Positions 20,387-32,534 of a stretch of 64,000 bases of DNA are shown piece by piece. The notes beneath the pieces were generated by a model. It was not told the origin of the DNA, did not search any database, and saw nothing but the letters and a program-made list of their open reading frames with translations. The position numbers and the translations under genes were made by a program. The stretch lies in the NCBI GenBank assembly GCA_035193785.1, contig CP136572.1:2388578-2452577 (forward strand), read 5' to 3'. Origin of the DNA: Planktothrix sp. GU0601_MAG3. GTDB taxonomy: Bacteria; Cyanobacteriota; Cyanobacteriia; Cyanobacteriales; Microcoleaceae. Position 1 is the stretch's first letter, and each line of letters starts with the position of its first letter.

Positions 20387-20788
20387 CTAAAAAGTTGAAT
20401 TTGAAGAATTTATCTGCTTAGAAACTATTTTTAAAATCTCCTCAACCCCCACTGGTTGATAGGGAAATACAGAATCTTCTGCACCATCATGTAAGTGATG
20501 AGGATAAGTTTCTATCTCAGGATGATGAGCCGCATTATCCCAACGTTTAATTAACTGTCTATCATCTTTTTGCCAATGAAAACTATACTTAATTATTTTT
20601 ACTTGTTCTGATTGAATTTCAAAAAATTCAAACATTTCTAAAAAACTATGATCTTTTAAAGTTAGTCGGTATCGCCATAGTCCTTTAGTGACTTGTACTT
20701 CTTCTCTGAGGATGGTGAAATCTATTACTTCTGGACAAAGAGCAATTAACGATTTTATCAAAGCTAAATAATCTTCAGCATTGATCAT
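20387..20788 (-). CDS. DUF6516 (TumE-like) putative toxin
   Basis: KYSFHWQ...RWDNAAHHPEIETYPHHLH motif. Confidence 0.75.
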   Translation of the reverse strand: MINAEDYLALIKSLIALCPEVIDFTILREEVQVTKGLWRYRLTLKDHSFLEMFEFFEIQSEQVKIIKYSFHWQKDDRQLIKRWDNAAHHPEIETYPHHLHDGAEDSVFPYQPVGVEEILKIVSKQINSSNSTF

Positions 20789-21084
20789 AAGGCTTTCTCT
20801 AAATTACCAATTTTGACTAAAATATCTTGACGCAATTGACACAAACTAAACCACTCAAAAAAATCCATCTCATCTCCTAATATTCCCGCCTCAAATTGTT
20901 GTATAAATTGCTCAGAATCCAGTTTATAGGTTTGCTCAAATTTGCTAATATCCTGATTATAAATTGCTAACTTCTGCTGATGACGAGTCAAAATAATGCT
21001 GAGAAGTTGCCCAATAATTCGATCTAATTCTGTGCGATCGCTACAATTTTCACTGAGGAGTTCTAATTTTTCTAATGTATTCAT
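20785..21084 (-). CDS. Putative antitoxin (TumA-like)
   Basis: FEQTYKLDSEQFIQQFEAGILGDEMDFFEW motif; ATGA overlap with the DUF6516 gene. Confidence 0.7.
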   Translation of the reverse strand: MNTLEKLELLSENCSDRTELDRIIGQLLSIILTRHQQKLAIYNQDISKFEQTYKLDSEQFIQQFEAGILGDEMDFFEWFSLCQLRQDILVKIGNLEKAL

Positions 21085-21489
21085 AATCACCCCTATCAAT
21101 GACTAGACTTGATTAATATTAACTCCAGTATACAACAGGTTCAGATAAAGTTTCTAAATGCTCTAATTTATCTAAAATAAGCCCTTTGATTGCGTTCATA
21201 ACCTGAACCTTGTATCAACACATTTACATTTTAACAGGACAACCTCTTAAAGTCCCCCAAAATTGGGGGATTTAGGGGGCAAATATTGCTGCTTTAGAAA
21301 TCTGTTCTAAACAGTATACACTTCAAGCTATCTAGCCCCCTAGCCCCCAACATTGGGGGGAAAATAAATAATTAGGACTTTTTAGGGCGATTGCTATTAT
21401 CATTGGTATGCGATCGCCTATTTTTGACAAGCTATATATAGCCTGCTTGCGTAAGTCCTGAATCTGTGTTGGTTTAACTGCTTAACAGC

Positions 21490-22866
21490 TTATTGCATTA
21501 GAATTTTTTTGATTAACCATTCTTTGCCTTTATAGGGTGCATAACGTAGGGGTAAATCTAATAAAAATGTTTGTTTTAATACACTGCGATAATGGGAAAA
21601 TCGATCAAAAGTTGTTTTTCCATGGTAACTGCCGATCCCACTTTCTCCTACACCGCCAAAGGGTAAAGATTTTCCCCCAATTTGTAATACTGTGTCATTA
21701 AAACAGAGGGTTCCTGATGAGGTTTCTTTTAAAATTCGGTTTTGTTTATCCTTATCCCTAGAAAATAAATATAATGCTAAAGGTTTAGGACGACTGTTAA
21801 TTTTGGCGATCGCTTCTCCTAAATTCTGATATTCTAAAATTGGTAAAATCGGCCCAAAAATTTCTTCCTGCATGATATAATCATCCCAGGAAATATTATC
21901 AATTAAAGTCGGAGCAATATATCGAGTTTCGGGATTAGTTTCGCCTCCGGTAATAATATTACCCGCTTTTAAAAATTCCTGTAATCGGTTAAAATGAAAT
22001 TGATTAATAATCCGCGAATAATCGGGACTGGTTTCGGGGTTATCTCCCAAAAAAGTTTTAATCCATTTCTGTAATGTTAGGATTAATTCTGATTTAATTT
22101 TAGTATTGACTAATAAATAATCGGGGGCGATACAGGTTTGACCAGAATTAATTAATTTACCCCAAATAATTCGTTTTGCGGTATAATCTAATTGAATATC
22201 ATCCTCGACAATACAGGGGCTTTTTCCTCCCAACTCTAAGGTAACTGGGGTTAAATGTTTAGCCGCCGCTTCCATGACAATTTGCCCGACTTTTTGCCCC
22301 CCGGTAAAGAAAATATGATCAAACTTTTCCGCTAATAATTCTTGACTGGTTTCTATGCCGCCTTCAATTACGGTAATATATTCAGAATCAAAAGTTTTAC
22401 TAATAATATCACTAATAATTTTAGAGGTATTTACAGCAATTTCCGAAGGCTTTAAAATCGCACAATTCCCCGCCGCGATCGCTCCAATTAAAGGCGAAAT
22501 CAACAGTTGAAAGGGATAATTCCAAGGGCCAATAATTAGGATAATTCCCAAGGGTTGGGGATAAATAAAGGTTGAGGCGGGAAGTTGACCCAAGGAGGCG
22601 GGGATTTTTTGGGGTTTCACCCAGGATTTCAGGTGTTTAATGGCATAATTGAGTTCAGCAACCGGGGAAAATTCAAAATAGGATTCCAGATCGGGACGGC
22701 CTAAATCCGCTTTTATGGCGTTAATAATCGCTGTTTCATGGAATGCGATCGCCTGTTTCAGACCCTGAAGTTGGGTGAGGCGAAACTGGATATCCTGGGT
22801 TTGTCCCGTGGCAAAAAAGTCTCGCTGTTGCTGGATTAAATGTTGAATTGCTGTTTTTTTACTCAT
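21490..22866 (-). CDS. NAD(P)-dependent aldehyde dehydrogenase (ALDH3-like)
   Basis: IIGPWNYP, FTGG, LELGGKSP, GQTCIAPDY, EEIFGP, PFGGVGESGIG. Confidence 0.93.
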   Translation of the reverse strand: MSKKTAIQHLIQQQRDFFATGQTQDIQFRLTQLQGLKQAIAFHETAIINAIKADLGRPDLESYFEFSPVAELNYAIKHLKSWVKPQKIPASLGQLPASTFIYPQPLGIILIIGPWNYPFQLLISPLIGAIAAGNCAILKPSEIAVNTSKIISDIISKTFDSEYITVIEGGIETSQELLAEKFDHIFFTGGQKVGQIVMEAAAKHLTPVTLELGGKSPCIVEDDIQLDYTAKRIIWGKLINSGQTCIAPDYLLVNTKIKSELILTLQKWIKTFLGDNPETSPDYSRIINQFHFNRLQEFLKAGNIITGGETNPETRYIAPTLIDNISWDDYIMQEEIFGPILPILEYQNLGEAIAKINSRPKPLALYLFSRDKDKQNRILKETSSGTLCFNDTVLQIGGKSLPFGGVGESGIGSYHGKTTFDRFSHYRSVLKQTFLLDLPLRYAPYKGKEWLIKKILMQ

Positions 22867-22949
22867 TTTTGCTTTTCCAAAATTCCCTGATCCCCTTTTA
22901 TGGTACAACTTAATCTAGTAAAGTTATTGCAACTGAGGTCAAGCTGAGA

Positions 22950-24991
22950 ATGGCAAATATTAAAGAAATTTTATATCTTGAAGTTCCCACTCCCGGCACT
23001 CAACAGGTTTGTACTTGGTTGCAACAAAACTTTCAAGCGCCAAATGGAGAAAAAATCATCACTCCCGATGGTTTTCGATTACAATTTTCTCAACCCAATC
23101 AAAATCTAACAGCATCCAGTGAACTTTCGGTTTTTGTTTGGTCAGTTCAACGCACCACCTATTTAAAAGTCTTCCGAGTTGGTCAACCGCCAAAAAGTCA
23201 AGAACAAAATTTTTTAAAGCGTTTAGAAACTGAACTCCGAACCACCTTTCCCCATCAATATCCCGAACCTCCAGAGATTGATTTATCTCAACAATCTATT
23301 TTTGAAGGATTAGAAAAAGATTATCCCTTAACGGTTAAATACTTCAAAAAAATGCCCAATGGAGAATTTGATCTGAAACGGGTTTATTGGTGGGAAAAAC
23401 GCTGGCGAGAAGGAGTAAGAAATCCCCAAACTCCTAAACAAGTTATTTTTAAATCCGATGATTCCCAGACCGATGATTCCCCTAATTATGACTTAATTTA
23501 TATCGGGGGTGCTTTGGGGGTAATTCATGCGGCGGTGATGGCAAGATTAGGCTATAAAGTCCTATTAATTGAACGGTTGCCTTTCGGTCGAATGAAACCG
23601 GGAATGGAATATTTCTCGCAGTGAGTTAAAAAGTTTAATTGATTTAAAATTATTTACCCCTACGGAAGTTGAAAGTTTGATCGCCCGGGAATATCAAGAT
23701 GGATTTCATAAGTTTTTTGATGCTTATAATCCTAAAATTGCTAAAGCTGAAATTCTCCATACTCCCACGGTCTTAAATGTGGCTTTAAATTCTGAAATAT
23801 TACTGCGATTATCAGGAGAAAAACTCAAGGAAGCCGGGGGAGAAATTTGGGATGAAACGGAGTTTTTACAAGCTAATATTAACCCCAATCAAGTTACTAT
23901 TAAATCCCTACATATTCCCAGCCAAACCGAAGCCACAGCCACCGGACGGCTATTAGTAGACGCCATGGGAACGGCATCCCCTATTGCTTGGCAATTGAAC
24001 GGGGGACGGGCGTTTGATAGCGTTTGTCCGACGGTGGGGGCGGTAATTGATGGCGGGTTTGAACCGGGGGTTTGGGATGCCACCTATGGCGATGTTTTAA
24101 ATAGTCATGGGGATATTTCTCGGGGAAGACAATTAATTTGGGAACTGTTTCCGGGGGCGGGTAATGAGTTAACGTTTTATCTATTTCACTACCATCAAGT
24201 TAATCCGATAAACCCCGGTTCTCTGTTAGAAATGTATGAAGATTTTTTCACTATTTTACCCGAATATCGTCGCTGTGACATGGATAAATTAGTCTGGAAG
24301 AAACCCACTTTTGGCTATATTCCTGGGCATTTTAGTACGGGAAGTAGCGATCGCAAAGTTAGTGTTGATCGGTTAATTTTAATTGGGGATGCTGCCTCCT
24401 TACAATCTCCCTTAGTGTTTACTGGATTTGGGTCTTTGGTGCGAAATTTATCTCGATTAACTGATTTATTAAATACCGCTTTAAAACATAATTTATTGAC
24501 CGCCGATTGGTTAGATCAAATTCGGGCGTATCAAACCAATATTTCCGTAACTTGGTTATTTTCTAAAGGAATGATGGTGCCCACAGGGAAATATTTACCC
24601 CCGCAAAAAATTAACTCAATTTTAAATACTTTTTTTGGGGTTTTAGCAACGGAATCTCAAGAGATTGCAGAAACCTTTATTAAAGATCGAACAACTTGGT
24701 GGACTTTTACCAGGTTAGCCCTGAAAGCCGCCCGGATTAATCCTTTATTATTAATTTGGATTTTAGACTTTGTAAACCCGGGAGAAGTTTTCCGGTGGCT
24801 GAAGAATTTTATTCAATTTATGGTGTTATCTATAATTAGTTTCTTGTGTGGTTGGCTTCCTAATTTCAGTCGCAAAATTCAACCCTGGTTAGAAACCCCG
24901 TTATCCTAAACTTTGGATGTGGTTATTAACAACCAGTTATGCTTTAACTGATGGTATGGGAAAACCTCAAACCCCATATTTTAACACCTGA
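22950..24991 (+). CDS. cruA: CruA-type lycopene cyclase / FAD-dependent protein (~680 codons); apparent +1 frameshifts ~23595 and ~24893
   Basis: YIGGALG, GRM(NREWNISR), DAMGTASPIA, DSVCPTVG, GDAASLQSPLVFTGFGSL; N-terminal extension favours CruA over CruP (inference). Confidence 0.75.
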
Positions 24992-25051
24992 AAACTCAAT
25001 TTGTCTGAGGAATAGGGGGAGCAGGGGGAACAGGGGAGGTAAACTTTTGCC

Positions 25052-25105
25052 ATTCGTAATTCGTAATTCGTAATTACCCATTACCCCTTACCCATTACCC
25101 CTTAC
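25052..25105. repeat. Short tandem repeats (ATTCGTA)n and (TTACCC[A/C]-like)n between convergent genes
   Basis: Read directly. Confidence 0.8.
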
Positions 25106-27049
25106 CTAACTAACCTTAACAGCAGAAGGATTATGTTCCGCCACTAATTTCCGAAATTGTTCTCCCTCTAAGGTTTCAATTTCTAACAGTAATTCCACCA
25201 ACTGATCCATTAACATTCGATTTTCCCGAACCAGTTTTCGGGCTTTTTCATAACACTCAAAAGCCAGATCTCGAATTAGATGATCAATTTGGGTGGCTAC
25301 TTCCTCCGAATATTCCGATTGAGAGGGAAATCCTCGACCCAAAAACACTTCCGCCGAGGGACTTTCTAAAGCCACTAAACCCAACTCCGACATTCCATAA
25401 CGAGTTACCATTTCCCGGGCTAAATTCGTCACCGTTTGGATATCATTACTGGCGCCAACGGTAACTTCCGAATCCCCAAATACCTCCATTTCCGCCGCCC
25501 GTCCGCCTAAACAAATGGTAATTTGATTAATTAACCAGGATTTTGTATATAATCCACTATCGACCATTTCCTCATTAAACATTTGTTGAGCAAAACCGCC
25601 AATTCCACCAGAACGGGGAATAATGGTAACTTTATTTAAAGGATCGGAATTCTTCAAGAAAGTCATTAACAAAGCGTGTCCGATTTCGTGATAGGCAATC
25701 AGGCGCTTTTTCTTACTATCTAATAACGGTGTTAATGCTAACCCAATCGTAATCCGATCAATCGCATCATCAATTTCTAAAGGAGTAATGGCTTCCTTGC
25801 GACGTCGGGCGGTTAAAATCGCCGCTTCATTCAGTAAATTCGCTAAATCTGCACCGGATAATCCCGGGGTGCGACGGGCGATCGCCTCTAAAGAAACCTC
25901 CTCGGATAACTTCTTATTCCGAGCATGAACTTCTAAAATCCCTAAGCGGCCATTAAAACTCGGTAAATCTACCATCACCTGTCGATCAAATCGACCCGGA
26001 CGTAATAACGCCGCATCCAAAACATCAGGGCGGTTGGTCGCCGCAATTACAATAATTCCCGTATTGCCTTCAAACCCGTCCATTTCCGTTAATAATTGGT
26101 TTAGGGTTTGTTCGCGCTCATCATTTCCCCCACCAATACCCGCGCCCCGTTGACGTCCGACCGCATCAATTTCATCAATAAACACCAAACAGGGGGCATT
26201 TTCCTTCGCCTTTCTAAATAAATCCCGCACCCGGGAAGCGCCAACCCCGACGAACATCTCCACAAATTCCGACCCGGAAATACTAAAAAACGGTACTCCC
26301 GCTTCCCCGGCTACCGCCCGGGCTAAGAGGGTTTTTCCCGTCCCCGGGGGCCCAATTAATAATACCCCTCTGGGAATTTTAGCCCCAATCGCGGTAAAAC
26401 GTTCCGGTTGCTTCAAGAAGGTGACGACTTCCTGTAATTCTTCCTTAGCTTCCTCAATTCCCGCCACATCCTCAAATAAGATTCCGGTTTTCGCCTCCAT
26501 TTGAAATCTGGCTTTGGATTTACCAAAATTCATGGCTTGGCCCGATGCTTGGGTAGACCGTCGCAGAATCATTAATAAAATAGCCAATAGGCCAAAAATA
26601 ATCAGCATATTCACGATCAGCCCCATGGCCATGCTATTATCCGCCGAAGGGCTAACTCCATACTCGACATTATTCCCCCGAATTTCCCGCATCAATTCCG
26701 GGTTTTGGGTAAACAGGGAGACAAAATACACCGACCCGGGCTTTTTGTCTTTCTCCCCTTTCAGGGTGACTTTTGCCATTTGTCGTGAGGGGTCTTCTTC
26801 AATTTTTTGGACTTCCCCGGCTTGAATTTTCTGCAACAGTTGACTGTAGGTTATGGTTTTTGGGGTGTTATCGGCAAAGGCGGGAGTTCCCAAAAGCACC
26901 CCCTGAGCGATCATCCAACTGCCCAAAAGTCGCCCCAGTCGTTTCCCAATCTTCGTTTTTTGGGGGACTATCTGTTTAGGATTTGACCCTCCCATCCAGG
27001 TTTTGATCCAAGACCTATTCATTCTACCTTTTCCTGTTGCTACGCTCAT
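25106..27049 (-). CDS. ftsH: ATP-dependent zinc metalloprotease FtsH
   Basis: [41 protein letters not shown]. Confidence 0.96.
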   Translation of the reverse strand: MSVATGKGRMNRSWIKTWMGGSNPKQIVPQKTKIGKRLGRLLGSWMIAQGVLLGTPAFADNTPKTITYSQLLQKIQAGEVQKIEEDPSRQMAKVTLKGEKDKKPGSVYFVSLFTQNPELMREIRGNNVEYGVSPSADNSMAMGLIVNMLIIFGLLAILLMILRRSTQASGQAMNFGKSKARFQMEAKTGILFEDVAGIEEAKEELQEVVTFLKQPERFTAIGAKIPRGVLLIGPPGTGKTLLARAVAGEAGVPFFSISGSEFVEMFVGVGASRVRDLFRKAKENAPCLVFIDEIDAVGRQRGAGIGGGNDEREQTLNQLLTEMDGFEGNTGIIVIAATNRPDVLDAALLRPGRFDRQVMVDLPSFNGRLGILEVHARNKKLSEEVSLEAIARRTPGLSGADLANLLNEAAILTARRRKEAITPLEIDDAIDRITIGLALTPLLDSKKKRLIAYHEIGHALLMTFLKNSDPLNKVTIIPRSGGIGGFAQQMFNEEMVDSGLYTKSWLINQITICLGGRAAEMEVFGDSEVTVGASNDIQTVTNLAREMVTRYGMSELGLVALESPSAEVFLGRGFPSQSEYSEEVATQIDHLIRDLAFECYEKARKLVRENRMLMDQLVELLLEIETLEGEQFRKLVAEHNPSAVKVS

Positions 27050-27091
27050 CTAAACCTAGTGTAACGCTCCAATGAGAATCAGTCATCATTT

Positions 27092-27153
27092 GTAGGGGCG
27101 GGTTCATCAAGATGGGCGGTGATTAACAAAGATCTAAAATAACCCGCCCGTAC
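27092..27153. repeat. Single GTAG-type REP-like element related to the 101-bp array
   Basis: GTAGGGGCGGGTT...AACCCGCCCGTAC. Confidence 0.7.
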
Positions 27154-27239
27154 CAGTTATCAGTCATTAGTTATCAGTTATAGCAAACTCCCAGAGGACT
27201 CCAAAATTAATAGTTTAGAAAGCCATCTATTAAAATAGC

Positions 27240-27941
27240 TTAAATTAATGCTAACACAGAAACAGGTGCTCCCGAACCGCCTGTTAATTTTAAAATCCCG
27301 ATAATTAAGGTAATTCCAGTGGCGGGAAGTTGCTCCAGATTTGTCAAGTTCTCTAAGACAAAACCATTATTTTTTAAAATCATTTTATTAGTATTAAAAC
27401 TATCCTCAAAACCCGGATCAACTCCGTGGGTATCAATTCCCACTCCCTTAATATTGCGCTGTGCAATTAAAAATTGAGTTGCTTCACTCCCAAACCCGGG
27501 AAAATGTAGTTTTCCTTGGGTATCAACATTTAAAAAAGCCCCGGCATCATGCCATTTTTCTTGCCAACCTGTATAAAGTAAAATCATACTATTTTCAGGA
27601 ATAATATCATGCTGTTTCTCCCAATCTTTAATATCCTTCACCGTTAAAATAGCGTCGGGATTTTCACTGGCTTTTTCTCTAATATTAATCACAACTGCGG
27701 GAAGAATACAAGACTCGGGCGAATAATCATCAATTCCCATTCCGTCTTGATAAAAACTTTTAGGCGAATTCAAATGAGTTCCACTATGTTCCCCCATAGA
27801 AAACCGCCTTAAATAATATCCCGATGTCGAAAAATCAGCAACGGTTTCTAACTCCACAACCGGATCACCCGGCCACAAAGGAATTTCTGGATGAATTTTA
27901 TGGGTTAAATCAATAATTCTGTGGTAATTAATTGTTGTCAT
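27240..27941 (-). CDS. Cyclase family (kynurenine formamidase-like) metal hydrolase
   Basis: IDLTH..H, WPGDP, GEHSGTH, GIDT, ENLTNL, GGSGAP. Confidence 0.88.
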   Translation of the reverse strand: MTTINYHRIIDLTHKIHPEIPLWPGDPVVELETVADFSTSGYYLRRFSMGEHSGTHLNSPKSFYQDGMGIDDYSPESCILPAVVINIREKASENPDAILTVKDIKDWEKQHDIIPENSMILLYTGWQEKWHDAGAFLNVDTQGKLHFPGFGSEATQFLIAQRNIKGVGIDTHGVDPGFEDSFNTNKMILKNNGFVLENLTNLEQLPATGITLIIGILKLTGGSGAPVSVLALI

Positions 27942-27960
27942 AATTGCGATTTTCTAACCC

Positions 27961-29035
27961 GTAGGGGCGGGTTCCATAACAATTTATCACTAGAAAAAAT
28001 AATCTCCATCAACCCGCCCAAACCCCAAAATTAATAGGAAACCAATAATTAATTATAGCGCGTAGGGGCGGGTTCCATAACAATTTATCACTAGAAAAAA
28101 TAATCTACATAAACCCACCCAAACCCCAAGATTAATAGGAAACCAATAATTAATTATAGGGCGTAGGGGTAGGTTCTGTAACAATTTATCGCAGAGAAAA
28201 ATAATCTCCATAAACCCGCCCAAACCCCAAGATTAATAGGAAACCAATAATTAATTATAGGGCGTAGGGGCAGGTTCCGTAACAATTTATCACTGGAAAA
28301 AATAATCTCCATAAACCCGCCCAAACCCCAAGATTAATAGGAAACCAATAATTAATTATAGGGCGTAGGGGCAGGTTCCGTAACAATTTATCGCAGAGAA
28401 AAATAATCTCCATAAACCCGCCCAAACCCCAAAATTAATAGGAAACCAATAATTAATTATAGGGCGTAGGGGCAGGTTCCGTAACAATTTATCGCAGAGA
28501 AAAATAATCTCCATAAACCCGCCCAAACCCCAAAATTAATAGGAAACCAATAATTAATTATAGGGCGTAGGGGCGGGTTCCATAACAATTTATCGCAGAG
28601 AAAAATAATCTCCATAAACCCGCCCAAACCCCAAGATTAATAGGAAACCAATAATTAATTATAGGGCGTAGGGGTGGGTTCCATAACAATTTATCACCGG
28701 AAAAAATAATCTCCATCAACCCGCCCAAACCCCAAAATTAATAGGAAACCAATAATTAATTATAGCGCGTAGGGGTGGGTTCCATAACAATTTATCACTA
28801 GAAAAAATAATCTCCATCAACCCGCCCAAACCCCAAAATTAATAGGAAACCAATAATTAATTATAGAGCGTAGGGGCGGGTTTCCGTAACAATTTATCAC
28901 TGGAAAAAATAATCTCCATAAACCCGCCCAAACCAACCAATAATTTGCAACTAATTATTGATTTTGTAAATCTTTTGGGGGCGGGTTTAGAGAGATTATT
29001 TGTGTATATTATAGGCTAACTCGAACCCGCCCCTA
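27961..29035. repeat. Tandem array of ten 101-bp REP-like hairpin units plus one inverted unit
   Basis: GTAGGGG starts at 27961, 28062, 28163, 28264, 28365, 28466, 28567, 28668, 28769, 28870; inverted unit ends AACCCGCCCCTAC at 29035. Confidence 0.95.
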
Positions 29036-30257
29036 CGGTGGAGATTTAATTTTAATCCATTGATTCAGGATTTTATAAATATTGACTACTCCTTGTAAAT
29101 GCGATCGCTGAGAACGTCCATATAAAAAATCATGGAGACTGATTTGATAATTATATTGTAGGGCTAAATCCAACCATAAATTATTATAGGCTTGTCCTTG
29201 AATATAATCAGGAATTGTGTTATAATAGTAGGGAAAACCATCTAAACAAGTATTAAAAAAGTTTTTGCGACCTTGATATTTTAAATAATTAAAACGGGGT
29301 TGAAAAACCGTTAAATTTTCCAAAGCGGTATGAATAGTATCGGCTAGAGCTTCAGGCTCAAATTCCGATAATAACCCTGAACCCGCAGGGAATAATTCAG
29401 ATTTACCCCTGATATATTGATTGAATTGCTTAAAACAAATCACCGGAGTATTACAACTCATTGCTTCGGAAAGACTGCAATTTTTTCCTTCTAAAAGAGA
29501 ACCTATAATACAAACTTTAGACCGAGAATAATACAGTGGCTTTTCTTGATAATAGTCAACTTGAGAAACAATCTGGATATCATCTAAAATATTTGCCAAA
29601 ATAGCCTTTAATTTTTGCCATTCTAATTGAGCTTCCCCCGTTAGTAAATCAACATAACTGGGATCAAAATAATCCTCTAAAATTAACGTTATTTTTAAGG
29701 ATTTATTATACTTTTTATGATAAATTTTTAACGCCTTTGCTATGATGGGTAAATTATAAATAGGAGATAACTTAGCCACACATAAAACATCAATATCTTT
29801 AGCATTAATAGGCTGAGGAGCAATCAAATATTCATTAATAAAATCGGCACTAGAAACCCGGAATTAAAATTTTATTTATCCGTTGGGGATAGTTTTTTCT
29901 AAACCAATCTGTACGGGATGGATTATCGTATAAACAGAAATAGGCATCGGCCGTATTAGACCAAGGATAGGAACACCAAAGGGAATCAGCAATTGACAAG
30001 AAAACCTCAGAAAGTTGGGGTAAAAGTTTATTTAATAAATCCACAGATTCACTAAAATATAATCCTTTAATAAATTTACCTTGATAAAATAAAGGAGGGA
30101 GTAAAACAGAGAAATTTACGTTTCCAAACCGATCAGCATTATGTTCAAAAATTTCATTAGTCCAGCTATCTAAATCCGAATAAATTTCTTCCCAGGATTG
30201 GTTTATTTCTGGATAATTAAAGTATTTACTCTGACGTTCGTAGTTTCCTATACCCAT
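29033..30257 (-). CDS. Putative GT-B glycosyltransferase-like protein; apparent +1 frameshift ~29855
   Basis: SLLEGKNCSLSEAMSCNTPVI resembles the GT4 E-x7-E motif; the two ORFs join after removing one base. Confidence 0.65.
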
Positions 30258-30401
30258 AACATTAGTTCTTTATTAGATAGTATGATGGGGAATGGGGCAC
30301 AGGGAATAGGAAATACCGGGTAATACTTCTGGTTGTTTCATATCAGTGCAGATTGATATATTGCCTATTTCCCATTATCCATTCCCTGTCCCTTACAAAA
30401 C

Positions 30402-31301
30402 CTATTTTAAACCTAATTTATTTAACCAGTTCAAAATCATGGAGTTTACCTGTTCAGGACGTTCATCATGGGGACAATGACCCGTATCGGGAATCGAAAT
30501 AAATTCAACCGATGGATTTATTTTAGCTAAATCTTGATAAATTTTCGCCCCAGTAATGGGTGTCCATGGGTCAGTTTCTCCCCAAATAATTAGTAAAGGT
30601 TGTTGAATTTGGGGTAATAATTCCGAGGGTTGGGGGCCGGGAGGGGCGGTTAAAATCGAAGCAAAGACCTGTTGAGCACCCATATCATTAGAAGGAGTAT
30701 ATAATAGGTCTACTAACTCATCGGTAATGGCTTGTTTATTGCCATAAACTTGATGTAAAGTATTGCGAATCCGGTGTTTTTGTCGAATTTGATTGAACAT
30801 AAACGGCCCCAAAATAGGATTATTTACAACTTTTGCGAATAATCCCATAATCAACCGCAGGGGAAAATTTAATTCTTCGGGGCGATGATTTAACCCTCCT
30901 GCACAATTAATTAATACTGCTCCTGCTGATATTTCAGGATGGTGGGCAACCATCATTAAACCCAATAATGCTCCGATAGAATTGCCAATAAAAATAGCGG
31001 GTTGTTTAATCTTTTCTGCCCAGAAATCCGTTAATAGTTCTTCCCACAATTCTAAACTATAATCGAGATTAGGTTTGGCAGATGCCCCAAATCCCAATAA
31101 ATCTAAAGCAAAAACCCGGTATCCCCCGGAGGCTAAAATCGGGATATTCTGACGCCAATGTCCAATGGATGCACCAAACCCATGAATCAGCACCAAGGGC
31201 TGTCCGCTCCCGGTGGCGGTATACTGGATTTGATGTCCTTTCCATGTCCAGGTTAGGGGCTCAAAGGGGGTTGTTATTTGGGGGGACGTTGTTGTTGTCA
31301 T
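30402..31301 (-). CDS. Alpha/beta fold hydrolase
   Basis: LIHGFGAS, DLLGFG, GNSIG, GHCPHDE. Confidence 0.9.
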   Translation of the reverse strand: MTTTTSPQITTPFEPLTWTWKGHQIQYTATGSGQPLVLIHGFGASIGHWRQNIPILASGGYRVFALDLLGFGASAKPNLDYSLELWEELLTDFWAEKIKQPAIFIGNSIGALLGLMMVAHHPEISAGAVLINCAGGLNHRPEELNFPLRLIMGLFAKVVNNPILGPFMFNQIRQKHRIRNTLHQVYGNKQAITDELVDLLYTPSNDMGAQQVFASILTAPPGPQPSELLPQIQQPLLIIWGETDPWTPITGAKIYQDLAKINPSVEFISIPDTGHCPHDERPEQVNSMILNWLNKLGLK

Positions 31302-31338
31302 TTTATTAAGATTTGTAAACACTATTCTTCTATCATAG

Positions 31339-31804
31339 ATGATTACACCCTGGAAACAAGACAGAATTCTGATTCATACTCAAAGACTTTTGAGGAGTTA
31401 TCAACATTGGACAGGGGAAACTCTGTTAGATTTGAATGACAACCTGGAGGAAGTTGCTGAGGGTTTATTTTATGCGCCATTTGTGTTAGTTTCCCACGGA
31501 ATTGAAACCCGATCCAATTTTTAATTATGGGAATCAAAAAGCCCTAAAAATATGGGAGTTAACTTGGGATGAATTAACTCAAATGCCTTCTCGAAAAACC
31601 GCCGAACCGATGTTACAGGAAGAACGCGATCGCTTGTTAGCTGAAACCACAGCAAAAGGATTTGTTAAAAACTATCAAGGAGTGAGAATTTCCAGTAGTG
31701 GAAAACGCTTTCTCATCCAAGATGTTTTGATTTGGAATGTTTTAGATGAACAAGATAAATATTGTGGACAGGCGGCTATTTATTCTAAATATATGTATAT
31801 TTGA
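31339..31804 (+). CDS. MEKHLA domain protein; apparent +1 frameshift ~31506
   Basis: APFVLVSHG.(EPDPIFNYGN), PSR.TAE, YQGVRISSSGKRF. Confidence 0.85.
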
Positions 31805-31908
31805 AATTAGCTGATGATTATTCTTTTGGTATTTTACAATCTAGTATTGATTATAATGACCAAAAATAATTGGAGTTTACGAGAATTAAATCAAACAAAG
31901 GTTTTTAT

Positions 31909-32517
31909 ATGATTCAAACTATATCGAAGTTAATCAATTTTGATCAGTTTCTGGAATGGAAACCTGAAAACGGACAATACGAACTACATAGGGGAGTTGT
32001 TGTTGAAATGCCTAATCCAATGGGTAAACATTCAGCGATCGCTGGTTTTTTGACTATTGAGTTAGGTTTAGAAATCAGACGACTACAACTTCCTTACATG
32101 ATTCCCAAAGAATGTACAATTAAATTTAGCGATAACTCTGGCTACAATCCCGATCTGATTATATTAGATAGACAAGCAGCAGTAGCTAATGAGTCCCGAT
32201 GGGAAAAAGCATCGGTAATTACTCAAGGAGATTCTATTAAGTTAGTGATTGAAGTTGTCAGCACAAACTGGCGCGATGATTACGCACACAAAATGATTGA
32301 TTATGAAGCATTAGGCATTGCCGAATATTGGATTGTGGATTATTTAGGGTTAGGAGGTAGCCGTTATATTGGTTCTCCCAAACAGCCAACTTTATCGGTT
32401 TATAACTTGATTGATGGTGAGTATCAAATTCAGCTATTTCGAGAAAATGAAAGAGTTGAATCAGTAGTTTTTCCAGAATTGAATGTGACCGCCGGGCAGA
32501 TTTTTAATGGCGAGTAA
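31909..32517 (+). CDS. Uma2 family endonuclease-like protein
   Basis: YELHRG.VVEM, PD, LVIEVVSTNW.DDY..K..DY...GIAEYWIVD. Confidence 0.9.
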   Translation: MIQTISKLINFDQFLEWKPENGQYELHRGVVVEMPNPMGKHSAIAGFLTIELGLEIRRLQLPYMIPKECTIKFSDNSGYNPDLIILDRQAAVANESRWEKASVITQGDSIKLVIEVVSTNWRDDYAHKMIDYEALGIAEYWIVDYLGLGGSRYIGSPKQPTLSVYNLIDGEYQIQLFRENERVESVVFPELNVTAGQIFNGE

Positions 32518-32534
32518 GTATTCACAATTCTGCT

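Noticed and set aside
21250..21460. Palindromic CCCCC..GGGGG segments as an ncRNA gene
   Set aside because: They resemble dispersed cyanobacterial repeats; no recognisable RNA family features
27961..28935. CRISPR array
   Set aside because: Units are near-identical along their whole length, there are no unique spacers, and no cas genes are in the window
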